Source: Dudresnaya verticillata (lineage: Eukaryota). Taken from it: a stretch of DNA of 64,000 nucleotides. A model generated the notes under the pieces. That model saw only the letters and a list, made by a program, of their open reading frames with translations. It did no database searches and was not told the origin of the DNA. A program made the translations under genes and the position numbers. Of this stretch, positions 50,566 through 62,017 are shown piece by piece; positions within the stretch are counted from its first letter, which is position 1, and each line of letters opens with the position of its first letter. The stretch lies in assembly GCA_977862235.1 (NCBI GenBank), contig OZ374564.1, positions 1,302,001 through 1,366,000 of the forward strand. Direction: 5' to 3'.

Positions 50566-53500
50566 CTTGGGGTGAGAGGGAGGCGAAGCAGGAATAAAGT
50601 TGTGTCGCTAGTGGCAAAATGGGGTCAAGATTCTGGGCGAGAATTGGAAAAGGGTTAGAGTGTATGCATGTAATGCCACGGAACAGAGTGTGCAGGCTAG
50701 CCTCATGACGCAGCTGCGTCATGAGGCAGCATCTTTGCTGGGTAAACCGGATTGCTTGTACAATCACAGTCGTGTTGTAAGCAACCTTAATGCCTGCAGC
50801 ACGCCAAATAAGTGAGAAAAAAAGAACCACTGTTCTCTCTTATGCACTGATACAGAATGCAATTTCGGCTTTCTATCAACCACACGGGTTGTGATTAACG
50901 TGTCCGACCTGCCAAATCGTACCTTGCACACTTTGGGTGCGATCACACCGCGGCACCCGCGGGTGCCCCCAAGTGAAGGGATGGTTCTACCCAATACCTC
51001 AAGATCTGGCGGCGTGGAGGGTCTCAGGGGCTCTGGGAACCGCGCTCCCGCCATGGTTGTTGCTCGTCCGCAGGTGCAGAATCCGACACCAATGTTAGCA
51101 GGAGACGGGACGGGCTACATGACTTATGAGCGTGTCCGCGTGATAGTTCAGATGCTTTGTGATCTCGGGTCCTGTTCTGTCCTTTTGTCTGGGGATGAAC
51201 TAAGGCTTGCAGTCGAAGCAGGCACGGACATGACCGAAACTGTTTTATATGCCAATGGGAAGACCTTGCAGGGGCTCGCGTTTGCGGTACATTTGCTGGT
51301 TTTAGGTCAACATTGACTCAGAGTTTGATCTTGAGCACATTGCTCTGGTGGAGAAGAAGTCAAGGACAATCGCGAGTGTTCTCATTCGTATTAATCCGCA
51401 TGCAGATTGATAGCATGTGCACATTGACGCTCAGGTCCATCCATTCATCACTACTGGGCTGGCGAGCAGCACGTTTGGTGTCCGCAATTCACATCTGCAA
51501 CGATTTTTGAACCTTATCGAAGAGGAGACTTGCTGCGCTTGATCGGAGTGCATTTATATCTAGGCATTCCGGACGTATGATGTACCCTGGAAGCCGCCGG
51601 TCTCTTGTAAAGGTATGAAGCTATACCATTACCTAATTTAAAAGTAACCTTGTTTTGGTTTACCAGGACCGCGACAAGCTCAATCTTGCTGTCTGTCGGT
51701 AGGCATTAAAGACAGATCCTCCTAATACAACTAGCATGCCAACCACAGAAAAGTAAACAAAGTCAGACGGTAGGACCTCTAAGGCCCCAACAGAGTGCTC
51801 CACAGAGTAGACAACATCAATCCCTACGGCAGCAACCTGATCAAGTTGCTGCCGTCGGGAGTCGATTGTGACTTTCACTGCCATACAGTGCTGCGACCGC
51901 TACCTGTCTCAGATCTGCAACACGATTGCCTCCGGACATGAATCTTGTCCAAGGGGACGAAAGTTCTAGCAGCGGTGTATACGAAAATGACCGTTCCATT
52001 TAGTCCACAATATTGCGACGGGCAGGGCTTCCAGCGTCCACGAACAGTTTGGAAACAAGAGCAATCTGCCCAGTGTCTAACCGCATGAGGATAGGTTGCT
52101 CTGTGAACCCATGTTTCTTCAGGGTTACATTCAGACCATCCTCTCGAGTGCCAATAAGAGAGCTGCAATTCATTGCACGTAGCATCCTGAGGGGTGTTTC
52201 CGATCCCGTTCGAAGCCTCCTCTGGTCGTTACCGTTCGAAAGAGACGTTGACAACATGCACACAGGCAGCTGGCCACAAACGCCTGTACCGATACCAAAA
52301 ATGTTTTCAGATAAAGGCCCAACAGCTGAGCAAACCATGCCAAGGACCATATCGCGTATAGCAGGCATATTCTTGAGGGGTTCGTACAAGTCGATTACGT
52401 TGATTTCCTGCTGCAGCAGAAGAGTGTTCCAGGAGCTGTAGACAAACACATTACAGCTCTTCACTACGAAAACAGGACCTACGGCATTATTGTGCATAGC
52501 AATGTCCAGAACTGAGCCTTTCCGACATTCAATAGCATTGCGTGTACCAGCATGTTTTCTTTGTCCTCGAGGACAGATCTAAAACCACCAAACGCACATC
52601 TACGTCATCGTACTTGAGCCATAGTTCACATCCCATTGTCACACGCACCGGAGGATCATACAATTGCCTCCCTGCAGTGTATCAGCGGCGACTTCGGAAA
52701 CCACAATTTGTTAGGGTAATGACCGGTGCTACGTCTCGCTCCTTGCAAGGAAGCCGTGCACCTTGTGGCCGCTAGCCCCGTATGACAGCCAGCCGCGGTC
52801 GACCTGCCCATTCGGAACGACGTCACATCCCTGCAATGCGATGCCCCTTTCGAAACCCTCTCCATCCACCCGCACGACGTAAGCACAAACACTCGTGCCC
52901 TTCTGCCTGCGGATCAATGGTAGCTTGTTCAGCCTGGAATTCCGACAAGAACTTCCCAAATATGGCAGTGCCAGTTCCGAAGCTTACTGCCTTCACAAAG
53001 CTACCGGTCTCTCCATACCGGCACACGACGACAACAAGCTCCCGATGGATAGAGGCGAGAGCACAGAGTCTCTCTCCGACATGATTCTTCCACAGGAGTT
53101 CCCCTCCTCCCCGCGTGTTGTGCCCGTAAAGAGACCCAAGCGTGGACAATCCGACAAACAGCGACTTACCTGGGACCTCTTAGAAGGCGCCGTCAAAGAG
53201 ATGCACCCGCACTTCCTCCCGTGCCCACACATCAGCGTCACCACCATCTACCCACAAGCGACCGCCTGGGGCCGATCTTAAGACTGTCGTGGCAAGCCGC
53301 CAGGTGAGTACGCGGTTGCCGGTTTCCAGCTCTGCTTGCAAAACGCCTATACTATCACTAGTCCAGTTCACGTTGTTGTACGTTACAGCCAGCCCCGTCC
53401 ATGCGTGCACAAGAACGTTGGGATCATCTTGGGTGCATGGCCGCACAACGAATTGGACATCATCTGAGGAGACATTGCATCCTCGGCGCGAGCACGCGCG

Positions 53501-54059
53501 CGCGTCTACGACATACTTCACAACGCACGAACAAGACTGCGAGGTTCATTGCGCGGTTGCCAACCTAAACAGCCCCATGCACGGTTGCAAACTAGGCATG
53601 CTTCGTCTTGACGAGAATTGTTACGCGAGACGAGCAGGACCCGCGGGGGAGGCGTCGGAGTCTGTGGCGTCTCGAGTGCAGACAGACGTAATGCAGACGC
53701 AGTCTGGGTGGATGTGCTCGCAGTTGACAGCACGACGGATAGGGACGCGGGATGCGCAGGCTACTGCGGTGGCGCATACGTCAGCAAACACATCACAGTG
53801 CGCGACGGGGGCACTTCCGCGAGCGCTTCGCAGTGCGGAGCATTTCCGCAGACGCGGGCTGGGTGAATGGGCTCGCAGTTGACAGCAGGATGGATAGGGA
53901 CCGCTGGAGGTACCGTTACGCGACACAGTGTGTCGCCTCGAGCTTGAAAAGAGAGGAGGTGGTGATGGTAGGAGACGGCGGTGACCACGAGGACGGTGCA
54001 TGCGGTGAGGTTGCGGTGCGTGGAGACATGCTCCGCAGCAGGCGGGTGACCAGCAACCG

Positions 54060-54362
54060 GATAGCTAATTCAGTGAGACTTCCGCCGGAGCTATCGGCGC
54101 ATATGGATTTTTTTATAGCTCCCTGTCGCCGACATATTCGAAAAGCTATTTCTTAGGTTTCCCATTTCGGCGACTATGGGAGCTATGTAGCTAACGGAAT
54201 GCCGCGAGTGTAAATATCTATTTTCTTAGGTATTTTGATTTCGGGAAACACGGGAGCTATATAGCTCCCGCGGAGGAGGAAATCAAAAAGCTAAGAAAAT
54301 AGATATTAGATTTCTCCGGCGCCATTAGCTATTGGCTGATATTCATATTCGTTTATAGCTTT
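54060..54362. promoter_or_regulatory. AGCT-rich non-coding island with two imperfect hairpins
   Basis: 11 AGCT in ~300 bp; hairpins 54115-54186 and 54213-54307 (centre CGGGAGCTATATAGCTCCCG). Function unknown. Confidence 0.6.
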
Positions 54363-55374
54363 TCACTTTGGTCCTCCTGCGTTTGCTACTTTTCCCGAGA
54401 CGCCCAGCCGCACCGCTCCGAGCCCGACATCATCTGAAAACGCACTGCCACTCAAGAAAACGCACACCACACAACACCAGCGCCCTTGACAAGGGCAGCA
54501 CACGACTGGAACCCTTTTCACAGCGTAGGTCGAGCCCTCGCCCCCGCACCGTCCCCACTGCTTCCGCCCTTCGCATCCGGCGTCGTGCTCGGTTTAGCGC
54601 TCACTGCAGATGATGGCTGCGTGGGCGGCGACTTTGTTCCGCTTGGAGGGTCCGTCGGCGTCGGTGCTTTTGATGTTTGTCGTGTGTAGCCGCCAGGGAT
54701 TTTCGGCCGTGCGCGGCCGTGCGCAGCCATAGCCGAAAGAGACGATGGCAATCTGCATAGGACGCTTGTCAGCTGCATACACTACGAGCTGTGATAGCCC
54801 AACGCCTGGATATGAGGGAGGCCCCGCAGCCCTCCGCATGGAACGATACGAGATGGGAGCGCATAAATCCATGGCGGGCTGGCCACCGACGATGCGGGTC
54901 TGGGCGGCGCCCGGGGGGCGACGTCTGGCAGAAAGACGGGGCAGTCTGCATAGTTGCGCGCAAGCATGTGTTCTTTGCGCGTGCCGCGAAGGGAGAGACA
55001 AGCGTTGCTGCTGTGATGGAAAGCATGCGCTTGCTCAAGAAAACAACTGGCATCGAAAACTTTGAGAAGGCGACCAGTGGGCATGATGCTGAAAGTAGAG
55101 GAAAGCGAGAGTTGCTACTGCGAATGGTTGCAGACGATGTTTTACGCGTTGTTGATGAGGTGAAAGACTTGCAGAAGGTAGCTTCATAGATGATGAGAAT
55201 CACCCAATGCACACGGAGGGCATGCAGCCGTTTCATGTTTCACGGCGTTTGGTCGCGACGAGCGTGCATGGATGCCATAGTTCCTTCCAGCTGGAAATGT
55301 GCAGTGGACCGTCCGCCGCCCTCGACTGGCAGAATGTACATCCGGTATAGCCCAAAAATAGATGGAGCAGACTT

Positions 55375-58305
55375 TCATGGCTCTCTATCACAACCCTCCA
55401 TCATGTGAAGATCCCATGCGAAGAATGCGTTTAAGTCTCGCAGCAGTGCTGGCGGTTCCTCCGGACCCTTAAAAGTGTACTTATACGGCCTCTCCGCGAA
55501 CTCATCGCGAACTTTGAAGGAAAATACAGCCACGAGATGCTCTCCCTCCTTGCCGAGCTCCCGCAACCCGTGCTGGTGTATTTCTGTCTTCAGTCCGTGG
55601 GCGTCGTTACCCGGTTGCAATACTGCCTTCCCAACCTTATCTGGACCACACAGCAGCCAAACTGCGTCACCACCTTTGAGTTGCGGTCGATCGCATGACA
55701 GCGGTTTCTCCCTAGGCTTTCCTGTACGTTTCCCAGACTGTTGCTTACCTGGGGACATCATTAGAGTCTGTGATTCCCTTTCAGACTGATCAGTACGTAC
55801 CCTCTTCGTGTCCGGCTGTTTGTCTATCTGTTTTGCCGAACGCTTCTGTGCTTGGACCCCTGCATCTTGAGAAGACCCGTTCTGCTTCTCCTCTGCCATG
55901 CGCTGCAGGCGTGCACGAGCCAGTCTGTATGTTTCCGGGTTTCTTTCGACGAGGTAACACTCTCTGTCTGTCCGAAGGCAGGCAATGCCTGTAGTCATTG
56001 TCCCCGCATGAGAGTCTAGGACCGAGCCGCCTTCAGGGCAGAAGGTTATGATGATCTCAGTAAGTGCATCAGGATTTTTCTCCTCCGTCAGAACTAGTGC
56101 CCTGCTAGTCCCTGGCTTCATGAGCTTATCTCTGGGTACGGGAACAGAGGTCATCACAGCAAACTTTCGTCGCTCCTTACACGAGATGAAGTGGTACGGG
56201 CTGGAGAGGTCTGGAGAGAAAGAGTTCTTGGATGTACCCTTGCGCCTTCCGAAGGCTGCTGCCTCAGCCCCATTCTGCAGTCCCTTCTTGCGACTTATCT
56301 GGACAGTAGTTGTGTCTTTGCAGAGTAAGAAAGGGTACTGCGGACTATCGAAATTGTTGTCGGTAAGTGCCTTTTGAAACAACGGGAATTTCAAGAAGCT
56401 GCAGAACAGAAACACCCAACCACCCTCCTTCACAACACGTCCACAAAACTCGCAAAGGCGCTTGATGTCTTCTTCACTGAAATGGTTTGCGTATGCAGTT
56501 CCAGCATTTGACATTCCCTTCAGGGTACCATACGGAGGGTCAGCAAGCACGAGGTCAAAGAGAGGACTGCATTCATTCCTGATTGATTGGTCATATTCCT
56601 CCCACTTCATCTGATATGTTCGTATCCTGCATTTGGAAAGCGGGTCCTTCTCCTCCACATCAGAACCGGTATCCAGTCCCTTCGACTTGCGTGTTGAAGA
56701 AACAGAACGACTACCCGGTCCAATACACTCGTTCGGGATGTCATTGTTACCAGCTAATGCGCCTGTGTCGTTGTCGTCTGTAGGATCCAGGACCGATTGC
56801 GTATTCTGCCTCTGCGTGTCAGTTACAGTATCCTTAACGGCTTCCGACTGCTTTTGGCCACCAAGGGCCCCCTTAGAGTCTTTTTCTTTCCCCCCTTGAG
56901 GTTTTCCATCAACTTCAGAGCTCGTCTTATCAATCTCAGAAGCTGAAACTATTGGCTTCTCAGTTTCTCCTATGTCTGGAGATGTATCTTTCCCAGAATC
57001 AGTTTCTGCTTGGAACTGGTGCTTGAATTTCTTTTCCTTACCTGGAGCTTGTTGCGGGCATTCCCTTCGATAAGCGGCTATCAAGGGTTTGAGCACATCG
57101 TGGTCATTTCCGAAGTTTGCACGCACCTCGTGGTCCAGCTTCGTTGAGTGAAGGAGGTTCTGGCGAATGACGTTCATACCTTCAGGCCAACTCTGGCTCT
57201 CGATAAGGCGTTCGAATTTCCGTGCTTCCTTCATTGCTGCTTTCGCCCTTCCAAATTGTTCCAGAGTCTGAAAGCTGGTGACTGACCGGAAACTCTGAAG
57301 TCGATGTACTTCGCGTAGTCGGTACGAAGTTGAAATCTGTATTTCTACGCCATCCTCCAGTTTGTTCCCATTCATGAAGGCGATTGCAGACTTCAGTGAT
57401 GAAATGTGGATGAACTTTCTGTAGACTCGGCAGTCAACCTTCCTCATTGCTCCGTCCTTGTCGAGTGTTGTCCCTTCCTTGTCTCCCGTCATCTTTGCAG
57501 CTAGATCCGGTCTCTCGTCATTTGTAATTTGTCCAATTGCGTGAATTACTCTCGTATCCAACCGCATAACTGTCTGAGCAGTCTGTTTAATGGTGTTGTT
57601 CCGATATAACTTCGAACCGTCATACGCCTCCACAATTTTTGGGGCATTTGGTCGTTTCCCAGTCTTGGCCTGCAACCTCTCCGCCTCCTCCCGCAGACCG
57701 CGGACCAGGTCAAAAAATGTAGTCTCGATAAAGTATCCCTGGTCGTGTTTCTCATTCTGATGTCGTGCCAGCTGCCGGAGCTCATGGACGTTTTGCCCAC
57801 TCTTCAAAATCGTTACAGGCCATGCGAAAGACTGCCAGACTGTTGGGAACTCCTCCATTAACTCCAAAATAACGCAATGTCTATGCAAGCCGTCAACAAT
57901 GCCGTACCATTTGGAGCGATTGTTTGCCTTCTCCAAAGCCTCCTCCTCCGTGTACTCCTTCCCTTCCTCTTTCATATTCTTGAAATACGCAACGACGTGA
58001 CCCCGCAGAGACCCTGTCATTTCGATGACAATTGGAGAGTCAGACCCGGCAACGTACCCAATAGTCCCTTCACCGCCTTTCTTCTCTGATGAGTGCAGAT
58101 GAACGCGAGCTTTGAGGCGTTCCACTCCGGAGCGCACCACGGGTCTTATTGCTGTTAGCGGGAAGCACGCCCTGGGGTCAATTCTCATATTCACGGAACC
58201 CTCCATAACGTCAGAAAACAATGCCCTCCTCATGCTTGCAGAAGAGCAATTTTGGTCCGCTTCAGATTGTGTAACAGCACCCTTTCCTGAACGTTTCTTG
58301 CCCAT
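55375..58305 (-). CDS. ParB/Srx-like domain fused to a beta-class DNA amino-methyltransferase (probably N6-adenine) and a C-terminal transposase-shared domain
   Basis: Intact ORF (open to 58410; first ATG at 58305). YGIVDGLHRH; DLVLADPPYG (motif IV) precedes EEKNPDAL and GGSVLDSHAGTMTTGIAC..RECYLVE (motif I), the beta order. Confidence 0.88.
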   Translation of the reverse strand: MGKKRSGKGAVTQSEADQNCSSASMRRALFSDVMEGSVNMRIDPRACFPLTAIRPVVRSGVERLKARVHLHSSEKKGGEGTIGYVAGSDSPIVIEMTGSLRGHVVAYFKNMKEEGKEYTEEEALEKANNRSKWYGIVDGLHRHCVILELMEEFPTVWQSFAWPVTILKSGQNVHELRQLARHQNEKHDQGYFIETTFFDLVRGLREEAERLQAKTGKRPNAPKIVEAYDGSKLYRNNTIKQTAQTVMRLDTRVIHAIGQITNDERPDLAAKMTGDKEGTTLDKDGAMRKVDCRVYRKFIHISSLKSAIAFMNGNKLEDGVEIQISTSYRLREVHRLQSFRSVTSFQTLEQFGRAKAAMKEARKFERLIESQSWPEGMNVIRQNLLHSTKLDHEVRANFGNDHDVLKPLIAAYRRECPQQAPGKEKKFKHQFQAETDSGKDTSPDIGETEKPIVSASEIDKTSSEVDGKPQGGKEKDSKGALGGQKQSEAVKDTVTDTQRQNTQSVLDPTDDNDTGALAGNNDIPNECIGPGSRSVSSTRKSKGLDTGSDVEEKDPLSKCRIRTYQMKWEEYDQSIRNECSPLFDLVLADPPYGTLKGMSNAGTAYANHFSEEDIKRLCEFCGRVVKEGGWVFLFCSFLKFPLFQKALTDNNFDSPQYPFLLCKDTTTVQISRKKGLQNGAEAAAFGRRKGTSKNSFSPDLSSPYHFISCKERRKFAVMTSVPVPRDKLMKPGTSRALVLTEEKNPDALTEIIITFCPEGGSVLDSHAGTMTTGIACLRTDRECYLVERNPETYRLARARLQRMAEEKQNGSSQDAGVQAQKRSAKQIDKQPDTKRVRTDQSERESQTLMMSPGKQQSGKRTGKPREKPLSCDRPQLKGGDAVWLLCGPDKVGKAVLQPGNDAHGLKTEIHQHGLRELGKEGEHLVAVFSFKVRDEFAERPYKYTFKGPEEPPALLRDLNAFFAWDLHMMEGCDREP

Positions 58306-60053
58306 CCAGCCAAAAATGTAATTCAGCACTTTTGAACAAACGGTCGCCGTACGTCTTTCCAACTGGTTGCCGAAGTTGTTTCCAACTGGTTGTGTTAAGC
58401 TGATGAGCACGGGATAAGCGTTGCGGTTTCCACGAAGAGCACTTCGTGTTTACAACAATATGTCCGTAGTCAGGTCAGTGGTCACTGCATTGAAAGACAA
58501 TATATATCATGCCGGTTTCCAGCTTTAACCTGGAAACGAAGTTTGTCCGCATGACTAACAGCCTCACGTACGGTTTTAACTTTGCCGGAAAGATAGTTTG
58601 AGCCCTGTACCACTGGTGGTGCCCTGATACATTCCGCGAGATTACATGAAGCTACAAATCACTGCAGGGTTCTATTGGTCGTCGGTAAATATATCGACGT
58701 ATTGTGCCGTAGGGGTGTTCGCCCTAAGTTCGTACTTTCTCAGAAAATCTTTGGAATTCAGTTCTAACCATCCAACCGTACAGTGATTCCGATTCACAGC
58801 TGCCCTACTAGGGTATCTAAACGATGCTCAAGGCGGGTAAGAAATGGGCATACGAAATAGTTCCACAACGTGGAGGGGAAATTGGAAGTTCGTGTGCCTG
58901 CGTAGGCACACTCCCTTGGACTGGGGGTGATGTGGACGATTCGCAAACGTACAGTCATTCCGATTGTACCAACATGAAGGTGTTCCTCAGAAACGATAGG
59001 AATAACCTCGGATTTTCGAATCGGCAAGAGGTTACTGTCCGCCCACACAGAGTCGTTTAACATTGACATTTCCTGAAACCTGCGCCTCCACCCTGCAGAT
59101 ATGGTCATCATAAGACCACTGCAGCACCGAAACAAACTGATGATCACAATCTGCCATCGGATGCCACGACAAACGTAAGTATGCGTGTTACCCAATGATG
59201 CAAGTAATATCAAGGTCAGGGAAATGATTAATACCATACGTGAGACCATAATACAGCCTGTACCAGTGTGTCCAAGTGATCCCAGTAAATACGTTCCAGA
59301 ATTGTGCACAGGTCAGCATGCCCTCGTTCTAGCAATACAGAAAAGGCCTATTCTGCGGAGGTTTACACAGTCTGATCTGCGGTTCCACCTAATATCTGGG
59401 CGGTGTATGTGAACTATCCAGCAAGTTGAGGCTGCATTTTTGCAGGGTCCTCATACTGCTGCCGGTATAAGTGCTTCGGTACAGTACGGTCATTCTGATT
59501 ACCGGAATTTGAACGTGTCCAATCGAAGATGTATCCCTATTTGTATGCAGAGAATGCCTAAGCCTCGTACACAGCCAAAACCATTAGCTACAAGTGTTAC
59601 TTTCAGTTTAAAAGCGCGCAATCGTTGCATTTCACAGACCTCCTCGACGGTACTGAGGAACAGAAATACGGCTGTACACACAGAGAAGAGGATTTCTTGC
59701 CGAAGTGTAGTCATTCCTATTACTATCGACATTCTCATTGACCTCCCGGTGTTGCCGGACGACATACAGTCAGGTTTCTGCGCATTTCATGGCCTCATGC
59801 GCTGTGAATTGAGGCGCCGATTGGCAGAGCAGCAGCGCCGCCTTAACGGTGACTCTTTGCAATTTTCGGAGCGCATAATGCGATCCTTGGAGGTGAAGGA
59901 TGAAGAAAGAGTCATGGAACAGAACCGTGCTCGGGAGTTTGAGGTCGTTATGGGTCAATACGATCATGACCAGAACATGCTCACAGTGGTATACCGTGGG
60001 GGAATGAAGAAGCTTGATTAGGTATCGGGGGATGCTTTCTCCGGATCCGAAGC

Positions 60054-61247
60054 TCATGAAATCGATGCCGTCTTGGTCGAGGCTATTCGCCTGGCAAGCG
60101 AGCCAGTACGGGAGATGGAGCGAATGTGCCGCCTTCTCCTGACTTGGCATTTTGCCAAAACTAACGCAGAAGGGACTGTGGAGGTAAAGGAGGCAAGGGT
60201 GGCCCGTGCGGAGCATGAAGTGCGCGTCATGTATAAGAAAGCTTCGTCGTGCAAGTACTTGGAGACGCGCGTCGGTCTTGGCTACGTGTGCTTATGGCCG
60301 TACCTTTCGTCGTCGGTAATGTTAGAAACGAAAAGACGTCGACGGTTGTATTCTTGACGAGCGACGTAATACGAATTACGCTCCTGGCGGCTTTTGAATT
60401 TGCCATGTCCCCGCGAGAGTACTTCCAGCACAATAGCTGTGTCGGGATTTGACATCAGCTTCTTTTCCTCTCTCTGCTGAATATCAACTAGGAAGGCCTT
60501 GAAACCTCCAACTCGTTCCGTTTGTCCGTAGTTCTTTGCATTTGCCTGTCCATGAACGCGTTCCATAAAGGTAGGAAAAACAGAACGGTCGAATAGTCTG
60601 ATCCCCAGTGCCTCAAGGCCGGTGAACCGTTTGCCTTCGGAGATGCAGTTGTCAATTAATGCGAGTAAGTTGGACTCACCAATGCGGCGGACCATATCTT
60701 TGCCAGTTTCCTCTGGTCTGCGCAGGGCATTGAAATCCAGACACGACAGATCGTGGCTCTTCCCAAGCAGTTCATCACTGACTTCTCGTGCAGGCTCCCT
60801 AGGTACGAAGTCAGACATCTTCCCCTTACGTACGAGGATGTGCGTTTGGACTCCCACAGGGGGTAGTACATCAGCGGGGGATTTCTGCATCAGGACCTTG
60901 GATCGCTATTGTTCCTCTGGGCTATATACCGTGTACTTTTTGTACCTAAATACAAGATTGGATTCATCATGCCTGCCACGTCGAATGTTCAGACAGGCGA
61001 AGTTTAACCCACTATCCTCTCGAAACCGGGACCAGCAAATTGATTCCTTCTTCGCCACGTATTCGGGGCAGTTAATGCTGCACATGTTGATATCGACGCT
61101 TGTTTCAATACATGTGCGAGCCCGAGCCCTGTATTGTGGAAGGGGAGTATGCGCCGGCAAAATAGAGTTATCAATAGTGGTATCAGAACGACCTTTCTGG
61201 GTTCTCGTCTTCATTTCAGCAACCTCGGCTGATGGTATCCCTCCCAA
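60054..61247 (-). pseudogene. Unknown reading frame interrupted by single stops
   Basis: ORFs 60906-61247, 60282-60890 and 60054-60254 are in one frame; no family recognised. Confidence 0.35.
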
Positions 61248-62017
61248 CTGTATTCAGACCCGTTCAGGCATTACGAAACGAGCTGGGCACAATTATGCTT
61301 TAAGACCCACACTGAGACGCATGGCACAGGCAGTAAACAACCGAGGTGCATTGGCAATTGCCGCATGTATTATATCCCTTTCATGAAGAGGCTATATACG
61401 CCTTGCAGGCAGCACCATACCGGGACCAGGAACCCGCAATGGCAGCTGACGAGTCAATGTGAAGTGGGTCAACAAATGTCGCCAACAGCGGAAACATGTC
61501 CCTTTCATGAGAACGTCCTGCTCATTTAACACCGTAGATTGTCAGTGCTTCAGTTATTGAGTACACTGAATGTATATTAACCCTGACGCGTCTGGGGAGC
61601 AGGGTCGTGGGAGTTTGGACGCTATTCTCAATCGCAATGGTGGTGGACTGGAAGCGATCCCCCTGAAGGTTGAATGAGCTTACCAAACGCCGCATTTGTT
61701 TTCCCCAATGGAGCTTGCGAAGTTGCATCAATGGATGGGGCTACGGACATGGTTGGAACGGGGAACCTTTGGGGTGTCGACAACGCAATCGGTCGCGCGC
61801 GTGGTTAACCGGGAAACAGCTGCAGGCTTATACATTTTATTATCATTACTTAACGAACTACGTAGTGTTGGGTGCGTGTCATGGAATGGCCATACTTGTG
61901 TCTGCGAGTTGTCATGACATCGGCATGTGGCGTCCCATCGTAGAGAAATACGGGCGGGCGGGTCGTGCAGCGCGGTCGGGGAGCGACGGGCAGGGCGCGC
62001 TGACGAGGTGACGGCAG

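Noticed and set aside
55375..58410. Bacterial contamination or a restriction-modification system
   Set aside because: No cognate nuclease or operon structure; embedded in eukaryotic TEs and shares a domain with the local transposase.
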